Source: an uncultured Alphaproteobacteria bacterium (GTDB lineage Bacteria; Pseudomonadota; Alphaproteobacteria; Rhizobiales; Xanthobacteraceae). Taken from it: 64,000 bases of DNA. Position 1 is the stretch's first letter. Every line of letters starts with the position of its first letter. The DNA lies in the NCBI GenBank assembly GCA_963769705.1, contig CAVYMZ010000023.1, positions 87,481 to 151,480 on the forward strand, read 5' to 3'. A program made the translations under genes and the position numbers. The notes beneath the pieces are model-generated. The model was not told the origin of the DNA, did not search any database, and was given only the letters and a program-made list of their open reading frames with translations. Below are positions 23,321 to 34,188 of this stretch, piece by piece.

Positions 23321-23881
23321 TTAGAACTTCACCTGCGGCGCCGTCTCGACTTCGGTCCGGCTGGTGCCGAGGTCGAAGAAATCCTTGCGGGTGAAGCCGA
23401 ACATGCCGGCGAACAGCGCGGCCGGCATCTGCTGGATGCCGGTGTTGTATTCCTGGACCGCGTTGTTGAAGAAGCGGCGGCTGGCGGCGATCTTGTTCTC
23501 GAGGTCGGACAATTCGCTCGCCAGTTGCTGGAAGTTGGCGTTGGCCTTGAGGTCCGGATAGGCCTCCGACAGCGCGATCAGCCGGCCGAGCGCGCCGCTC
23601 AACTGGTTTTCCGCCGCCGAGACCTGTGCCGGTCCCTGCGCCGACATCGCGGCGTTGCGGGCCTTGATCACCTCGTCCAGCGTGCCGCGCTCGTGCGCGG
23701 CATAGCCCTTCACGGTCTCGACCAGGTTCGGAATCAGATCGTGGCGCTGCTTGAGCTGCACGTCGATATCGGCGAAGGCCTGGCCGACGCGCTGGCTGAG
23801 CGCGACCAGCCGGTTATAGGCGCCGAGCGCGAAGAGAACGAGAATGACGAGGATGCCGAGAACGATCCAGCCCGATGACAT
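23321..23881 (-). CDS. lemA: LemA family protein
   Basis: YNRLV, IDVQLKQRHDLIPNLVETVKGYAAHE, EAYPDLKAN. Confidence 0.93.
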   Translation of the reverse strand: MSSGWIVLGILVILVLFALGAYNRLVALSQRVGQAFADIDVQLKQRHDLIPNLVETVKGYAAHERGTLDEVIKARNAAMSAQGPAQVSAAENQLSGALGRLIALSEAYPDLKANANFQQLASELSDLENKIAASRRFFNNAVQEYNTGIQQMPAALFAGMFGFTRKDFFDLGTSRTEVETAPQVKF

Positions 23882-24113
23882 GACCACTGAACTCCTGATG
23901 AGACGACCGGCGCGCAGCCTAGAGGAAAGATCGGCGCGCGTCAGCGGCCCCGATATGGGGGCTGCCAGGGTTGGTCGCTACGGGAGCTCCGGAAGTTCAA
24001 CGGCCTGCGCGGCGCCACGCCGCAGCGCAAGACGGAATTCCGCCCTACGTTCGCAAGGCCTCGCCTTGCTGCCAGGGGCGGAATTCGCGCCTTTCAAATC
24101 GTTAACGTCGCGA

Positions 24114-24509
24114 TCATGGTTTTGCCATGTGCCAGGCTCCGTTCAGGAAGCCATCGCCCTTGGTGTCGCCGGGCGCCATGTCCTTCTTGAACGTGTAGAG
24201 CGGCTTGCCCTTATAGGCCCACATCTTCTTGCCGTCGTCCCGCGCCACGATGGTCATGTCGGCCGTGGGCTTGGCGTCGGCGGCGGCCATCAATGGCGGC
24301 CAGTTCTCGGCGCAGGGACCGTTGCACATCGACTTGCCGCCGGCGTCCTTGTCGAAAGTATAAAGCGTCATGCCCTTGGGATCGACGAACGTCTTGCCCT
24401 TCGGCGTGTCGGCCGTCTTCAGCATCTGTGCCGATGCCGCTGACGATGCGAGAATGAAAGTCAAAGCCGCGATTGCGGCAAACGACTTGAAGGCAAATGT
24501 CTTGGACAT
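24114..24509 (-). CDS. Secreted repeat protein with Y-X4-D motif (COG4315-like)
   Basis: Signal peptide; GMTLYTFDKD..CNGPCAENWPP and YKGKPLYTFKKD. Confidence 0.85.
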   Translation of the reverse strand: MSKTFAFKSFAAIAALTFILASSAASAQMLKTADTPKGKTFVDPKGMTLYTFDKDAGGKSMCNGPCAENWPPLMAAADAKPTADMTIVARDDGKKMWAYKGKPLYTFKKDMAPGDTKGDGFLNGAWHMAKP

Positions 24510-24563
24510 GGCAGCTTTTCTCCTGATGAGGCGTGTCGGGGACGCGGATGCGTCGCCTAGACC

Positions 24564-24588
24564 AACGCCGCGTCAGCGGAATTATTCC
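24564..24588 (-). promoter_or_regulatory. Putative ECF sigma promoter GGAAT-N16-CGTT
   Basis: Minus strand GGAAT aattccgctgacgcgg CGTT, 55 nt upstream of the ATG at 24509. Confidence 0.5.
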
Positions 24589-24681
24589 GCGGACGTCATC
24601 GCGCGCTATCGCTGAATTTTTTCATCCGACGGGGAAGTTATCCGAAGTTGAGTTGTTTATGCCGTCGCCTTCGGGCGGAGA

Positions 24682-25671
24682 TCAGCTCGACCGTTTATCT
24701 TCCATCACCGCGTCGCCCCAGCGCCAGCGCCGGGCGCGGGCATAGTCCGCTTTGGCGCGGCGGGGCACTTTTGCGATGACGAGGCCGCCGTCGGGCGTGC
24801 AGAGTTTTGCCGTCACTTCGACTTTTGTAACGACGGGCTGCGCCAGCACCCGGGCTGGGTGCTGTGCGACCGGCGCGCGCGTCAGCGCCACATAGCTGAA
24901 TTTCTCGTCCTCGAAGGGAAGCTCGGCTTCCTTGATCTGCTTGTGCGCGCGCGAGCGGGGCAGCCGCTGCGTGAAATGACACCAGTCGGGAGCTTGAAGC
25001 GGACATTTGCCGTCGTGCGGGCAGGGGGCCGCGACATGCGCGCCCGATGCGATCAATTGCTCGCGCAGGGCGATGATCCGGCCATAGCCCGCCGGCGTGC
25101 CGGGTTCGACGATCAGCAGCGTGTCGCGGGTCTTCGCCCACATCAGCTCGGCGAGCGTCTTTCGTTCCGCGTCGCCGATCTCGCCGATCATGTAGCTCGC
25201 CACCACGAGGTCGGCCGGTTCAGCCTCGGCCAGCGCGGCGCGGGCGTCGCCGTGCCGGTAGCTGATGTCGCGCAGCCGCGCGCTGTTGCCGGCGAGATCG
25301 AGCGCCAGCGCGCGCAAGGCGTTGTTGGCGTCCAGCAGGGTGAAGCTTTCGAGCGACGGAAAGGCTTCCGCCGCGGCCCAGCTCGCGGTTCCCGGCCCGG
25401 CACCGACGTCGAGCAGGCTCTCGGGCGCGAAGTCTTGCGCGATCTCGCGGAGCGCGTTCAGGCTTGCGGTGACCGCGGCATAGGTCGCGGGCATCCGCGC
25501 CAGCGCATAAGCCAGTGCGTCGGTTTCGGTGCGGATCGCGGCCGAGCCGCCGCCGTCGCGATAGGTCCGGGAGATCGAGGCGGCGCGGGCTGCGGCGTCG
25601 CTACGCGAAAAACCCTGCAGCCTCGCCTCGAGCGCGGCCTTGAGTTCGGCGGGAAGGGAGGGAGCGGTCAT
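24682..25671 (-). CDS. Rsm22 family SAM-dependent methyltransferase
   Basis: AYALARMPATY, LDVGAGPGTA, VEPGTPAG, APCPH..C..WCHF, EDEKFSY. Confidence 0.88.
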   Translation of the reverse strand: MTAPSLPAELKAALEARLQGFSRSDAAARAASISRTYRDGGGSAAIRTETDALAYALARMPATYAAVTASLNALREIAQDFAPESLLDVGAGPGTASWAAAEAFPSLESFTLLDANNALRALALDLAGNSARLRDISYRHGDARAALAEAEPADLVVASYMIGEIGDAERKTLAELMWAKTRDTLLIVEPGTPAGYGRIIALREQLIASGAHVAAPCPHDGKCPLQAPDWCHFTQRLPRSRAHKQIKEAELPFEDEKFSYVALTRAPVAQHPARVLAQPVVTKVEVTAKLCTPDGGLVIAKVPRRAKADYARARRWRWGDAVMEDKRSS

Positions 25672-25682
25672 CTTCGGCTCTT

Positions 25683-25761
25683 CCCCTCTCTCCTTGTGGG
25701 AGAGGGTGGCGCGGACGAAGTCCGCGTATTGTGTGCACCCTCTCCCGCAAGGGGAGAGGGA
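25683..25761. repeat. Family B palindromic repeat
   Basis: CCCTCTCTCCTTGTGGGAGAGGG...CCCTCTCCCGCAAGGGGAGAGGG. Confidence 0.75.
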
Positions 25762-25770
25762 AGCAGCGGC

Positions 25771-28700
25771 TCACGCCACGTTCTGATCGAGGATCTTCAC
25801 CGCCTCTTCGAGCGCGACCGAGACCAGTTGCGAGACGCCGCGCTCGGCCATGGTGACGCCGAACAGCCGGTTCATCCGCGCCATCGTAATCGGATTGTGC
25901 GTGATGATGATGAAGCGCGTCTCGGTCGTCGAGGTCATCTCGTGCAGCAGGTTGCAGAACCGCTCGACATTGTGGTCGTCGAGCGGCGCGTCGACTTCGT
26001 CCAGCACGCAGATCGGCGACGGGTTGGTGAGGAACACCGCGAAGATCAGCGCCAGCGCGGTCAGCGCCTGCTCGCCGCCGGACAACAGCGACAGCGTCTG
26101 CGGCTTCTTGCCGGGCGGTTTGGCGATGATTTCCAGGCCCGCTTCCAGCGGATCGTCGCTTTCGATCAGGTGCAGCGCGGCCTCGCCGCCGCCGAACAAT
26201 TCGACGAACAGCCGCTTGAAATGGTTGTTGACGGTTTCGAACGAGGTCAACAGCCGCTCGCGCGCCTCGCGGTTGAGGCTCTGGATGCCCTGGCGCAGCC
26301 GCTTGATGGCTTCCACCAGATCGTCGCGCTCGGTGGTGAGCGTGGTGTGCTGGGCTTCGACTTCGCGCAGCTCTTCCTCGGCGCGCAGATTGACCGCGCC
26401 CAGCCGCTCGCGGTCGCGGCGCAGCTTTTCGAGATTTTCCTCGATCTCGGCAAGCGGCGGCAGCTCCGCGCCCGGCTCGATCTCGGCCAAACCCGCCACG
26501 GCCTGCGGCTCGACTTCCAGCATGTCGTGGATTTCGCGCTCGACGTCGGCAAGGCGGCGCCTGGCGCCCTCCATGCGTTCCTCGGCGCGGGCGGTGGCCT
26601 CGCGCGCGGCCGACAGCGCTTCCAGCGAAATCTTGGCGGCGCGGTCGGTTTCCGCCATCACGCTCTCGGCGGCGGCCAGCGCATCGGCGGCGACCCGGCG
26701 GGCGTTCTCGGCCGATTCGATTTCGCCGATCAGCGCGCGGCGCTTCTCCGCGAACAGCGCCGGCGCATTGTCGAGTTCGGCGCGCTCGGCCGTGACCTCG
26801 GTGACGCGGGCTTCGATGGTTTCGATCTGCGAGGCCGCGCCGGCCTTGCGGTTCTGCCATTCGTTGCGCTCGGCGGTGATCGCCTGCAGGCGGCGGTCGG
26901 CGAGTTCGGCCTCGCGCGCCAGCGCCTGCGCCTCGGCCCGCACCTGCGCGGCGAGGCGGCGGTGGCCGTCGATCTCGCTGCGCACGGCGGCGAGCCGCGT
27001 TTCGGTCTCGAGGCTCGGCGGCAATTCGTCCAGCGCCGCGTCCGCGCTCTCATGCGCGCTTTGAGCCTCGAGGCGGTCGGCGTCGAGGCGGCTGTGCGCT
27101 TCGGTCAGCGCCGATTTGCGCGCGGCATGGCGGTTGATCTCGCGCTCGGTCGTGGCATGGCGTTCGCGCGCGGCGTCGGCCTCGCGCTGGGCGGCGCGCC
27201 ACGCATCGCGCGCGGACGTCTCGGCGCTGGAAGCGGCCTTCAACTCGGCCTCGGCGGTCTCCAGCGCCTGGCGCTTGGCGCCGGCATCGATGCGGGCCTG
27301 CTCGAGCTCGTTTTCGATGTCGACCAGCCGCGCGCGCTCGGCGAGCCGCCGCGCCGCGCCGGTCGGCGCATGGGCGGCGGCGACAAAGCCGTCCCAGCGC
27401 CAGACGTCGCCTTCCAGCGACACCAGCCGCTGGCCGGTCTTGAGCTGCGACACCAGCTCGGCGCCGCGCTCGCGCGCGACGACGCCGATCTGCGCCAGGC
27501 GGCGCGCCAGCTCGATCGGCGCCTCGACATGGGCGGCGAGCGCTTCGACGCCCTCCGGCAGGGCAGGATCGCCCTCGGTGACGCCGGCATTGGTCCAGCG
27601 CATCGGCGCCGAGGGATCGACCGGCGCATCGAGATCGTCGCCGAGCGCGGCGCCGAGCGCCTTCTCGTAGCCCTTGGCGACGGTGACGCCGTCGATGATC
27701 GGCGGCCACAGGTTCTTGGTCTCGCCGTTGACGAGTTTTGAGATCGTGCGCGCTTCGGTCTCCAGCCGCTGCACCCGCTTGTCGGCCTCGGTCAGCGGCG
27801 CGCGGGTGGCTTCCAGCTTCGCCGCGCGGCGACGTGGCCGGCTTCGCTGGCCTGCGCCGCGGCTTCGGACTCGCGCGAGGCCCTGCTGCGCGGTCTCCAT
27901 GGCAGCGGCGAGTGCGGCGAGATCGCCGAGGCCGCTGGTCTCCTGCGCGAGCTTCTGCTCGTCGCGTGCGACATTGGCGATGTCCTGGTCGAGCCGCGCC
28001 AGCCGGTCGCGATGGGTGCGCACGTTGCCCTCGAGCTGGTTGCGCCTGGCGGTGAGGTCGGCGAGCACCGTGGTCAGCTCGGCGAACAGCCGCTCGGCGG
28101 CGGCCAGCGTGGCTTCGGCCTCCGACACGCGTTCATCGACGCCGCTGCGCTTTTCGACGCGGGTCTTGATCTCTTCCTTCAATTCGGTGTCTTCGGCATC
28201 GAGCCGCTGCAGCGCCACCTCGGCGTCGGAGGTCTGCTGCTGCTCGCGGGCGATGTCGGCGGAAAATTGCGTCAGCCGGCGGTCGAGCTCGGCGACGCGC
28301 TCCTTGGCGCGCGCTTCCTCGCGGTCGAGCGTTCGCGGGCATTGGTGAGCCGCTGCAGTCCGGCCGCGGCGCGGGCCTCGGCCTCGCGCAGCGCCGGCAG
28401 TTCGGAAGCGCGGATGGCCTGGATGCGGGCCGCTTCGGCCTGCTCGCGGGTGCGCTCGGCCATCTCGCGGACGCTGAGGTCGTGGGTCGCGGTGGCTTCC
28501 GCGACGCCGGCATGGGCCTCCAGCCAGCGCAGATGGAACAGCAGCGCCTCGGCCTTGCGCACCTTGGCCGCGACTTCGCGGTAGCGGATCGCCTGCCGCG
28601 CCTGCTTCTTCAGGCCTTCCATCTGTCCGGCCAATTGCCCGATCACGTCCTCGACGCGGGTGAGGTTGGTTTCGGCGGCCTTGAGCCGCAGTTCGGCCTC

Positions 28701-29234
28701 GTGGCGGCGGGCATGAAGCCCGGCGACGCCGGCGGCGTCTTCCAGCACGCGGCGGCGCTGCTCGGGCTTGGCCTGGATGATCTCGCCGATCTTGCCCTGG
28801 TGGACCAGCGCCGGCGAACGCGCGCCGGTGGCGGCGTCGGCGAACAGGATCTGCACGTCGCGGGCGCGCACGTCGCGGCCGTTGATGCGATAGACCGAGC
28901 CCGCCTCGCGCTCGATCCGGCGCGAGATTTCCAGGATCTCGCGGTCGTTCACCGCCGCCGGCGCCGTGCGATCGGCATTGTCGATCGTCATCACCACTTC
29001 GGCGTGGTTGCGCGACGGACGGTTGCCGGAGCCGGCGAAGATCACCGCGTCCATGTCGGCGGCGCGCAGCGATTTGTGCGAGGTCTCGCCCATCGCCCAG
29101 CGCAGCGCCTCGACCAGGTTGGATTTGCCGCAGCCGTTCGGACCGACCACGCCGGTGAGGCCGGGTTCGATCACGAAATCAGTGGGTTCAACGAACGACT
29201 TGAAACCGTGGAGGCGAAGGCGCGTGAGTTTCAT
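25771..29234 (-). CDS. smc: Chromosome segregation protein SMC (frameshifts near 27850 and 28335)
   Basis: [15 protein letters not shown]-terminal head; coiled coils; LSGGE and [10 protein letters not shown]-terminal head. Confidence 0.95.
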
Positions 29235-29480
29235 GGACACGATTCTCTGTTGGCAGGGCGCGAATCTCCCTGCCGTGACAATACCATAGAAGGCAATGTC
29301 GGTGTGTGGGCGAGTCGCTTATCGCGGCTCTCAGGCCCGCGACAATGGCGAGGCCGGGGCCGGAGGGCAACCGCCGCGGCGGGCTTTTCCCAAGGGTTTT
29401 ATAGAGGCTTTTACGGGGCTTATACGAGGCCTAGCCGGCATAAGGTCCCGCGCACGGTCTGCGCGAGAATCGTCAGCTCT

Positions 29481-30133
29481 TCAGCAGCGACTTGATCTTC
29501 TTGTCGAATTCCTCGAACGAGGTCTCGCCCTTGATCTTCTCGCCGTTGATGAAGAAGGTCGGCGTCGAATTCGACCTTCAGCACCTCGGCGGCGTATTTC
29601 TGGTCGGCGGCGATCTTGTCGAGCAGCGCCTGGTCCTTGAGGCAATCCTCGACCTGCTGCTGGCTGAGGCCGGCCTGCTTGCCGATCCGGGTCAGGGTTT
29701 CCGTGGTGTTCTTCATCACCCAGTCGTTCTGCTGCCGGAACAGCATGTCGATGACGGCGAAATATTTCGCGGCATCGTCCTTGGCGATGCAGCGCGCCAG
29801 CATCGAGCCGGCGGCGGCCTTGATGTCGAGCGGGAATTCGCGGAAAATGTAACGGATCTTGCCGGTGTCGATATATTCCGCCTTGATCTTCGGAAACACC
29901 GTTGGCGTTGAAGGCCGCGCAATGCGGGCAGGTCATCGAGGCGAATTCGGTGATGGTCACCGAGGCGTTGGCGGGCCCGAGCGCCATGTCCGGCAGCGAT
30001 ACCGGCTTGGCGACGTCGGAGGCGGCTTTGCGCCATCGCCTCTCGCGATCAGGCGCAGCGGCGAGAGCCCGGCAAGGGCGGCAAGCCCGGTCAGCGACAG
30101 GGCGGCGGTGAAGGCGCGGCGGGTGATGATCAA
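29481..30133 (-). CDS. DsbA family thiol-disulfide oxidoreductase (frameshifted)
   Basis: Tat-like ITRRAF, EFASMTCPHC, YIDTGKIRYIFREFPLD. Confidence 0.85.
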
Positions 30134-30252
30134 CGGTATACTCCCGGATTGGCGCGTTCACGCCCGAAGGACCCAAAGAAGAGGTCTGTTCGCTAGCTTG
30201 AAACGACAATTGTGGCAATGGCGGGCCGCAATTCCAGCAGCTTCTGGCAGGC

Positions 30253-30732
30253 TCAATTTCGCTTGATCGAGGCGCCGAGCCGCGCCAGCGCGGCCCGCAA
30301 TTCCTCGTCCTCGACCGCGGACAGGGTTTCCGCGACTTTCGCGACCGCCTTGGCGTCCGGCGCGCGGGAGGCCGCAGGCCGGTCCCGGCGCGACAGCGGC
30401 GCCTGGCGCAGCGCCAGCCGTCCCACCGCGCTCCAGCCGAAGAAGCGGTTGACCCGCTGCAGGATGACGTCGGAGGCGTGCTGGATTTCCAGCGCCATCG
30501 GACCCTCCACCCGCAGCACCAGCGTCGCCGGTTCCTGCGGCTGCCCCTCCACCGGCCGCGGCCACTGGATTTTCAGCGGCTCGGAATGGGCGGCGATCTC
30601 GGGGCCGGCGATCTCGGCCCAGCGCGTCACCAGTTCGCGCGCGGCAAATCCCTGCTTGGCATAGGCGTCGGAAAACACGTCGCTGAGCAGGACGGAAAGC
30701 GGTTTTGCCGAGATCGGGCCGGGTTTTGCCAT
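30253..30732 (-). CDS. DciA/DUF721 family protein
   Basis: LVTRWAEIAG..LEIQH..QRVNRFFG; lies in the usual mutY-DUF721-dsbA-smc context. Confidence 0.85.
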   Translation of the reverse strand: MAKPGPISAKPLSVLLSDVFSDAYAKQGFAARELVTRWAEIAGPEIAAHSEPLKIQWPRPVEGQPQEPATLVLRVEGPMALEIQHASDVILQRVNRFFGWSAVGRLALRQAPLSRRDRPAASRAPDAKAVAKVAETLSAVEDEELRAALARLGASIKRN

Positions 30733-30772
30733 GGGTTCTTATAGCACCGCCACGCGGCGGAAGCAGTCCCGG

Positions 30773-31093
30773 TTACGCCGCGCGGGGCCGGATGGTTTTG
30801 AGATCGCGGTCGATTTCCCGACGCCGCTGCATCAGATCGTAGTCCATCTGCAGCCCGAGGAAGAACCCTTCCGACAGGCCGAAATAGCGGGCCAGCCGCA
30901 GATCGGTGTCGGCGGTAATATCTCGCTTGCCAAGCACGATCTCGTTGATGCGGCGCGGCGCGACATGAACCGCACGTGCCAACGCGTTCTGGCTGAGTCC
31001 CATCGGTTTGAGGAACTCTTCGAGCAGGATTTCGCCGGGGTGGGGATTGCGAAGCAGCCCGCTTCTAGACGTGGTAGTCGACGATTTCGACAT
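30773..31093 (-). CDS. higA: HigA family antitoxin (HTH)
   Basis: HPGEILLEEFLKPMGLSQNALA..RINEIV..ITADTDLRLARYFG. Confidence 0.9.
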   Translation of the reverse strand: MSKSSTTTSRSGLLRNPHPGEILLEEFLKPMGLSQNALARAVHVAPRRINEIVLGKRDITADTDLRLARYFGLSEGFFLGLQMDYDLMQRRREIDRDLKTIRPRAA

Positions 31094-31350
31094 GTGATCG
31101 GTCCTCCCTCATCCCAAATAAAACAGATGCGCCACTGGTCGTTGATCCGGATCGAATGTTGTCCTTGCCGATCGGCCCTCAACGCTTCAAGGCGATTGCC
31201 CGGCGGCACGCGAAGATCGCCCAACACGCGCGCCTGATTCAGGAGGCGCAGTTTTCTCAGAGCGACATTCTGGATGTCCGGCGGCAATTTTCGACTCCGG
31301 CGTCCGGACCAGATCAACTCCGTCTCGGTATCGGCAAAGCCCTGAATCAT
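31065..31350 (-). CDS. higB: HigB (RelE/ParE superfamily) toxin; frameshift near 31100
   Basis: MIQGFAD..PPGNRLEAL..GQHSIRINDQWRICF, with the VEIVDYH C-terminus in the adjacent frame. Confidence 0.88.
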
Positions 31351-31430
31351 GTCCGACTATAACGCGATGCGTTATAGCTCGCAATCCCGATGCGGCTGGC
31401 CATGTCTCGAATTTGGTCATAAAATGAGAT

Positions 31431-32561
31431 GTGGCCCCATCGTCAGCAATAGCAATAAAGAGAAAGAAGCAGTCCGTCGCAGCGGACGAGGCCGACCGCC
31501 CCGCGCTGCTGCTCGAATGGTACGACCGCCATCGCCGCGCGCTGCCGTGGCGGCCGTTGCCGGGCGAGCGGGCCGATCCGTACCGGGTCTGGCTGTCGGA
31601 AATCATGCTGCAGCAGACCGGCGTCAAAACGGTGGGGCCGTATTTCCTGAAATTCGTCGCGCGCTGGCCCGACGTCGCGGCGCTCGGCGGCGCCTCGCTC
31701 GACGACGTGCTGCGGATGTGGGCCGGGCTCGGCTATTATTCGCGCGCGCGCAATCTGCACGCCTGCGCGGTCGCGGTGCTGCGCGATCATGGCGGGGTGT
31801 TTCCGGACAGCGAGGAAGGGTTGCGCTCGCTGCCGGGGATCGGGCCTTATACGGCAGCCGCGATCGCCGCGATCGCCTTCGACCGCCGCACCATGCCGGT
31901 CGACGGCAATATCGAGCGCGTGGTGTCGCGGCTGTTCGCGGTCGAGGAGCCGCTGCCGCAGGCCAAGCCGCTGATTCAGCAACTGGCGACGACGCTGCTC
32001 GGCGAGATCAGCGCCGGCGACGAGAAGTCTCGCGCCGGCGATAGCGCGCAGGCGCTGATGGATCTGGGCTCCTCGATCTGCACGCCGAAGAAGCCGGCCT
32101 GCGCGCTGTGCCCGCTCAACGACGATTGCGCTGCGCCGCGCGCGCGGCGATCAGGAGACTTTTCCGCGCAAGGCGCCGAAGAAGACCGGCGCGCTGCGCC
32201 GCGGCGCGGCGTTCGTGGTTACTCGCGGCGATCGAGCTCCTGGTCCGCACCCGCCCCGAAAAAGGCCTGCTCGGCGGCATGACCGAAGTGCCGACCTCGG
32301 ACTGGCTCGCCGCGCAGGACGACAAGGCGGCGCTGAAGCAGGCGCCCGACGCTGAACGGCCTGGCGCGCTGGCATCGCAAGGCGGGCGTCGTCACCCATG
32401 TCTTCACGCATTTTCCGCTGGAGCTTGTGGTCTACACCGCAAGCGTTCCCGCCCGCACCCGCGCGCCGGAGGGAATGCGCTGGGTGCCGATCGCGACCCT
32501 GCAAGACGAAGCGCTGCCGAATGTCATGCGCAAGGTGATCGCGCACGGGTTGGGTCTCTGA
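31431..32561 (+). CDS. mutY: A/G-specific adenine glycosylase (frameshifted C-terminal half)
   Basis: LPWR, VWLSEIMLQQT, GLGYYSRARNL, LPGIGPYTA, VDGNIERV, CTPKKPACALCP. Confidence 0.93.
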
Positions 32562-32563
32562 TC

Positions 32564-32592
32564 TCCCTCTCTCCGTTCTTCACGGGGAGAGG
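32564..32592. repeat. Family B repeat half / terminator-like hairpin between convergent genes
   Basis: CCTCTCTCCGT TCTTC ACGGGGAGAGG. Confidence 0.6.
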
Positions 32593-32598
32593 TTGAGA

Positions 32599-33888
32599 TC
32601 ACCCCGCGCTGGAAAGCTTGCCCGGTGCGGGCATGGTCACGATCGGCGGCTTGGCGTTGAGGCCCTCGACCTGAAAGCCGGCGACGCGCTTGTAGTTGGC
32701 GGCGATGTCTTCCAGCTCCTTCTGCGACAGCACGTCGGTGACGACCTTGTAACCGTCCGGCGCGCGCTCCTCGACCAGCTGCATCACCTGCTCCGGCCCG
32801 TTGCGGCGGTTGAGCATGACGAGATCGGTGGTGGCCGGCCGGCGCTCCGCTTCGTAGGCAACCAGCGCGGCATGGGTCTCGCCGTTCGCCAGGATCTCGC
32901 GGGTCAGGACGCGGGCATCGAGGATCGCCTGCGAGGCGCCGTTGGAGCCGATCGGATACATCGGATGCGCGGCGTCGCCCATCAGCGTGGTCAGGCCGAA
33001 CGTCCATTGCGGGATCGGATCGCGGTCGACCAGCGGATATTCGTAGGCGTGCGGGCAGTTGCGGATCAGGCCGGGCACGTCGAGCCAGTCGAATTTCCAG
33101 TTCTCGAACCACGGCAGGAATTCTTCGAGCTTGGCCGTGCGGTTATAGTCCTCGCGGCGCCATTGATAGGTCGGCGGCATGTGCCGCTCGGCGACCCAGT
33201 TGATCTGGTATTTGCCCGATGCGTCGGCTTCTTTCGAAATCGGATAGCAGACGAATTTCAGGATTTCGTGGCCGGCCATGATCATGGTGCGGCCGGTGAG
33301 AAACGCATCGCTCGCGGTGATGCCGCGCCAGAGGATGCGGCCGTTCCAGATCGGCGGGCCTTCCTGCGGATAAAGCTTTTCGCGGATCGCGGAGTGAATG
33401 CCGTCGGCCGCGATCAGGAGCGCGCCGTCATGGCTGCCCGCCGGCTTGCCGGTCGCCTTGTCGATGAAATCGGCGCGCACGCCGTCGGACGTCTCGGTCC
33501 AGTCGCCGAGATGATGGCTGGTGAGAATGTTCTCCCGGCCCAGCCGTTCGATCGCGGCATCGAGCAGGATCTGCTGCAGCGTGCCGCGATGGATCGAGAA
33601 TTGCGGCCATTTATAGCCGGCCTCGATGCCGCGCGGCTCGCTCCAGATCGGCTTGCCGTGCTTGGAGAAATAGGCGAGCTCCCTGGTCCGTACGCCTGCG
33701 GCATCAAGCTCCTCGAGCAGGCCGAGCTCGATCAGCTCGCGCACCGCATGCGGCAGCACGTTGATGCCGACGCCGAGCGGCTTCAATTCGGACACGCTTT
33801 CGAACACTTTGGCGGGAACGCCGATCTGGTGCAGGCTGAGCGCGAGCGTCAGCCCGCCGATGCCGCCGCCGGCGATGAGTACGGTCAT
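32599..33888 (-). CDS. FAD-dependent monooxygenase / flavin-dependent oxidoreductase
   Basis: GGGIGG, ADGIHS, GDAAHPMYPIGSNGASQAILD. Confidence 0.88.
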   Translation of the reverse strand: MTVLIAGGGIGGLTLALSLHQIGVPAKVFESVSELKPLGVGINVLPHAVRELIELGLLEELDAAGVRTRELAYFSKHGKPIWSEPRGIEAGYKWPQFSIHRGTLQQILLDAAIERLGRENILTSHHLGDWTETSDGVRADFIDKATGKPAGSHDGALLIAADGIHSAIREKLYPQEGPPIWNGRILWRGITASDAFLTGRTMIMAGHEILKFVCYPISKEADASGKYQINWVAERHMPPTYQWRREDYNRTAKLEEFLPWFENWKFDWLDVPGLIRNCPHAYEYPLVDRDPIPQWTFGLTTLMGDAAHPMYPIGSNGASQAILDARVLTREILANGETHAALVAYEAERRPATTDLVMLNRRNGPEQVMQLVEERAPDGYKVVTDVLSQKELEDIAANYKRVAGFQVEGLNAKPPIVTMPAPGKLSSAG

Positions 33889-34188
33889 GATAGGCCCCTG
33901 TTATCTGCGACGCGTCATGGCACGGGAGGCGGCAAGGGGGCAACTGCGAAGGCCGCCCTGCTGCGGCCCATGCTGGGCCGCAGCAGGGCCCGACGGTCAT
34001 AAGATCGCATCGATGCCGCCTGACTGATCCTGGCAGGTTCGATATTGTGCGACGGGTCCCAACTGCTGGTGAGCCGCAGCAGGAGGATGGCCGCCGATTT
34101 CGCCGTGGTGAACAGCGCGGACATGGCGATCGAGGCGATCCGGGCAACGCTCGCAGAGCGGAACAATTACACGAGTGGAGGCAGGCCG

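Noticed and set aside
24859-27741. Very long antisense ORFs (also 1920..4517, 13663..15474, 50273..52042, 54924..56942)
   Set aside because: Shadow ORFs opposite real genes, expected in high-GC DNA; no recognisable motifs
30832-31350. Extended 172 aa HigB toxin
   Set aside because: The canonical VEIVDYH end lies in the adjacent frame; the extension is a frameshift artefact
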